From Hydrolagus colliei (lineage: Eukaryota), in NCBI GenBank assembly GCA_035084275.1, contig CM068743.1:73036001-73100000 (forward strand): a stretch of DNA of 64,000 bases, given 5' to 3'. Numbering within the stretch: position 1 is the first letter of the stretch; each line of letters starts with the position of its first letter. The notes beneath the pieces are model-generated. The model had not been told where the DNA came from. It did not search any database and worked only from the letters and a program-made list of their open reading frames with translations. Made by a program: the position numbers and the translations under genes. Shown here piece after piece: positions 60,645 to 64,000 of this stretch.

Positions 60645-60981
60645 AATAATAATAACAATCCTTGCATTTGATATAGTGCTTTTCACATCTTATTGATGTC
60701 CCAAAGTGCTTTACAGAATATAACGCAAAGTGAATTGACTGTATATTTTGTGGGCAAAACACTGTAGCCAACTGCACACAGCAGTGTCCCATAAACAGTC
60801 GTGGATTGAAGTGACCAATTTTTAAAAGGAATTTTTATTCAGAAATTGGGCAATAGACTAACAACTGGGTTCCTACTTACTGCTAGGTAAACAGAGGTGT
60901 GTGGAGTAAGGAAACTTGCCCAGTATTTATCCCTGCCTGGAATTGAACTCAGGTCTCTCTAACCACTGAGTTACAGGACTC
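60645..60981 (-). mobile_element. SINE long-form variant
   Basis: Contains the GGTTCCTACTTACTGCTAGGTAAACAGAGG insert. Confidence 0.82.
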
Positions 60982-63399
60982 TAAATAGCAGAAAAGTTTC
61001 CTGCAGGAAAGGAATGTGCCTGATCACCCTTCACTGTCCTCCTCCACCACCACCAATGCTTTCACTTAATTTCCTTCTCTGCCCCAACTTTGGAAGAATG
61101 CCTTAAAATGCTTCACAGAGATAGCGGGAGATGAGGATTTTCTTTTTGCAAAGAGAGTAATAATATAATAATCCATGCATTTCATAAAGCAGTTTACACA
61201 TCAGAGGCCATCTCAATGTGCTTTGCAGCGTAAACTATAAAATGTCATCATGGTGTTTTTGTAAACAAATGTGTAGCCAATGTGCGCACAGCAATGTCCC
61301 ACAAATGGCCAATTTTAGCTGGGGGATTGTTGGCCAGGATAGTAGGAGAAACTCCCTTCTCTTTTCAAATAGTGCCATGGGGTCTTTAATATTCACCTGA
61401 ACAGACAGGTAGGATCTAGGTTTAACGTTTCATCCAAGTCTTGATCTAATGTATCACCCTCACGCCTGACAATACAATGCTTCCCCCAGCATTGCTTTGG
61501 TTGTGTTAGCATGTGGGATAATAATAATAATCCTTGCATTTGATATAGCATTCTATCACATCTTCGAGACCGCTCAAAGTGCTTCACAGAATATCCTGTA
61601 AAGTGAATTGACTGTACATTGTGTGGACAAAACACAGCAGCCAGTCAATTGCACACAGCAGTGCCACACAAACAGTGGTGGATTGAGTGACCAGATTATT
61701 TATTTATTTATTATTATTATTATTTTCTCCGGAAAGGCAATCCGTCAATCAAAAATGCCCTGCCACATCAAGGTCGAAGTAGAATCCATGTTAGCTTTCA
61801 CAAAGCAACTGCGTGAATACCGTATCTGGCAAAGTAATTTCCAGAGCTTTGCAGGAAACGGCCGGTGAATGGAACTGAATGGATTAGAGCAATTATAGAT
61901 ACAATGTGCAAATGGCCTTTTTCTGTGCTGTAAGTATCTATTGGTTCCAAGAGTATTCAAATCAGACTGAGGGTTACACACATTTACGCCACTATACATA
62001 GAAATGTCCTGGAATGCACACTCTCCACTAGGTAGAGACACACCCTGCTTCCTTAATTCACAAAACCTTAGTCAAATAGATATTCAAGAATATTGTTTTA
62101 GGATTTAATTTAAAATGTTTAAATTTTAAATTTTTTAAAGACAAAATGAACAACAACAAAAATGATTTTTCTTTAACAGCAAATATTAGAAGACATCAAT
62201 AGTAATCAGGACTGGCAACAAGAAGAAATTCCATATCCTCTAAAGCAGGCTGCAAGAAATTCTCCTCCAAGCACTGGTCTTTCCCCAGTAAACACCAGGA
62301 ATGAATCAGGGTCAGCAATTGATTGTAAAAAGACCCCCTCAAAACCATTGGAAGCATTGCAAAGCCTTCCTGAGTGTGGCAAGACTATAATTGGAAACCC
62401 CCATTCACTAATGGAATCGGTTTTAATAGCAATTTTAATTCCCTGCTCTTTCAATACAGTCAATTCACTTTAAAGTATATTCTGTGAAGCGCTTTGAGAT
62501 GTCTAGAAGTGAAAAGCGCTATATCAAATGCAAGGATTATTATTATTTCCTCCATAGCCTTTTAGATTCTTTCTCTCCAAATGTTTAGGGAGGGAGGGAA
62601 ATAGCGAAGGGAAACATGACAACAGTCCAAAGGAGGAAGAAATAAACTTATTTGAAAAACAAAGTAAAAAAAACGTTTTCAAGAGTTATATGCGCAATAC
62701 ATTTTCAGATAACAAATCAAAGTAAACGTATAAGTTCCCACAATAGCAATTCCATAGCATCCCAACCCAAGCATTTGAAGGAAGAAATAAAATGCAATTT
62801 ACGATACAAATTCATTTAAACAGCCCCATTCATCTCGGGAGAACATCTCAAAGATATTAGAATGAAATGCAGAGCATAAAAGAATTCGGTGAAATTTCAT
62901 AGGAAAGGTTCCTCATGATAAACTTTTCTGAAATGCCACAAATTTCACGTCAACAATGGTAAGTGGTTGAAACTGAGGTTTTTGCAGTTTTAGTGCAATT
63001 CCCAAAGGATTACTCACAGCTTGTTCTCTGTTGTGGTAGCATAATATATGCACCAGAGGTTCAGTATCGCTTTCATACGAACACTCCAAGAAAGATCCAT
63101 CGTTACCAGATACATGCCAAGGCATTCTGGCACTTCAAAGCCTGTACAACGCACGACAGCATTAAACACTGAGTTAGCTCTCGCAGGTGACCTGCTCACT
63201 TTATAAAGCTCCTATTCTTTTCTTATTTGGTTGTTCCAAGAATAGTAATTGAGATTTGCATGTTGGGCAGGTTCACAAAAGCTCACTTTTATCCAGCGAG
63301 CATCACTACTGGGAAATGTAATATAATAATAATAATAATCCTTCCATTTGTTTTCATGTGTTTACAGGTTGTCAAGGACAGTGACTGTTTCACAACTTT

Positions 63400-63669
63400 T
63401 TGATGCCTCAAAGCGCTTCACAGAATGTACTGTAAAGTGAATTGACGGTATATTTGTGGGCGAAATGCGGCAGCTAATTGCACACAGCAGTGTCCCGCAA
63501 ACAGTTGTCGATTGAAATGATCAATTTATTATTATAGTACTGTAGTATTTTTTTTTAGGGATTATTATCAGGCTTGTGGAGTAAGGAAACTTGCCCAAGG
63601 TTTCGCCCTGCCTGGAATTGAACCCAGGTTTCTCACTTGGAAGGCTCAATCATTGAACTACAGGACGCC
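63400..63669 (-). mobile_element. SINE main family, tail disrupted
   Basis: Body and head motifs. Confidence 0.82.
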
Positions 63670-64000
63670 ACTAGGGCTGCAACTCACAGGGAGATCCTTG
63701 TTTCAGGATGACAAATACGACACTTCATGAGATGATAATTATTGCATCAAAGTGGTTCAGAGGCAGTGGAATTTCAGTTAAGTTTTATACATTGGTTCCA
63801 GGTCTGAACATCTCATTCGTCACTTTGGTTCACCTCATAAGAGGTTTCAAGAAGTGGTCGGCCGCTAAAATCCAGTGGGTTGTGGCCAAAACTCCAATAA
63901 AAATTATTTCTGAGTGAAATTCCATTGTTGTCTGTTTTGAGGCCCATGTGACGACTTGAGCTCACAGTCTAGCCTGACACACGAGCACTGTGCTGGGGGA

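Overview
Vertebrate genomic DNA, most likely a cartilaginous fish (compact introns plus Deu-type SINE, CR1 and L2 repeats suggest a holocephalan; inferred, not proven). The + strand carries the 3' half of LAMA1: 28 GT-AG exons at 676-33991 that splice without a phase conflict into about 1430 aa. They cover the coiled coil, the IKVAV motif and LG1-LG5. The - strand carries the 3' part of an ARHGAP28-type RhoGAP: 12 supported exons at 58303-42698, about 483 aa, tail-to-tail with LAMA1 as in mammals. Introns are full of tRNA-headed SINEs, older Deu-domain SINEs, CR1 and L2 LINE fragments and microsatellites. There is one N gap (46814-46968). I see no prokaryote-style novel system. The most unusual signals are four. 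(1) A palindromic insertion family with 16-17 bp TSDs and a hammerhead-ribozyme-like core (Penelope-like). (2) A LAMA2-type furin site (RSRSRR/QT) in LG3 of this LAMA1. (3) LAMA1 splice acceptors built from microsatellites or retroelement tails. (4) Candidate unannotated RhoGAP exons. All human protein comparisons are from memory, not from alignments.
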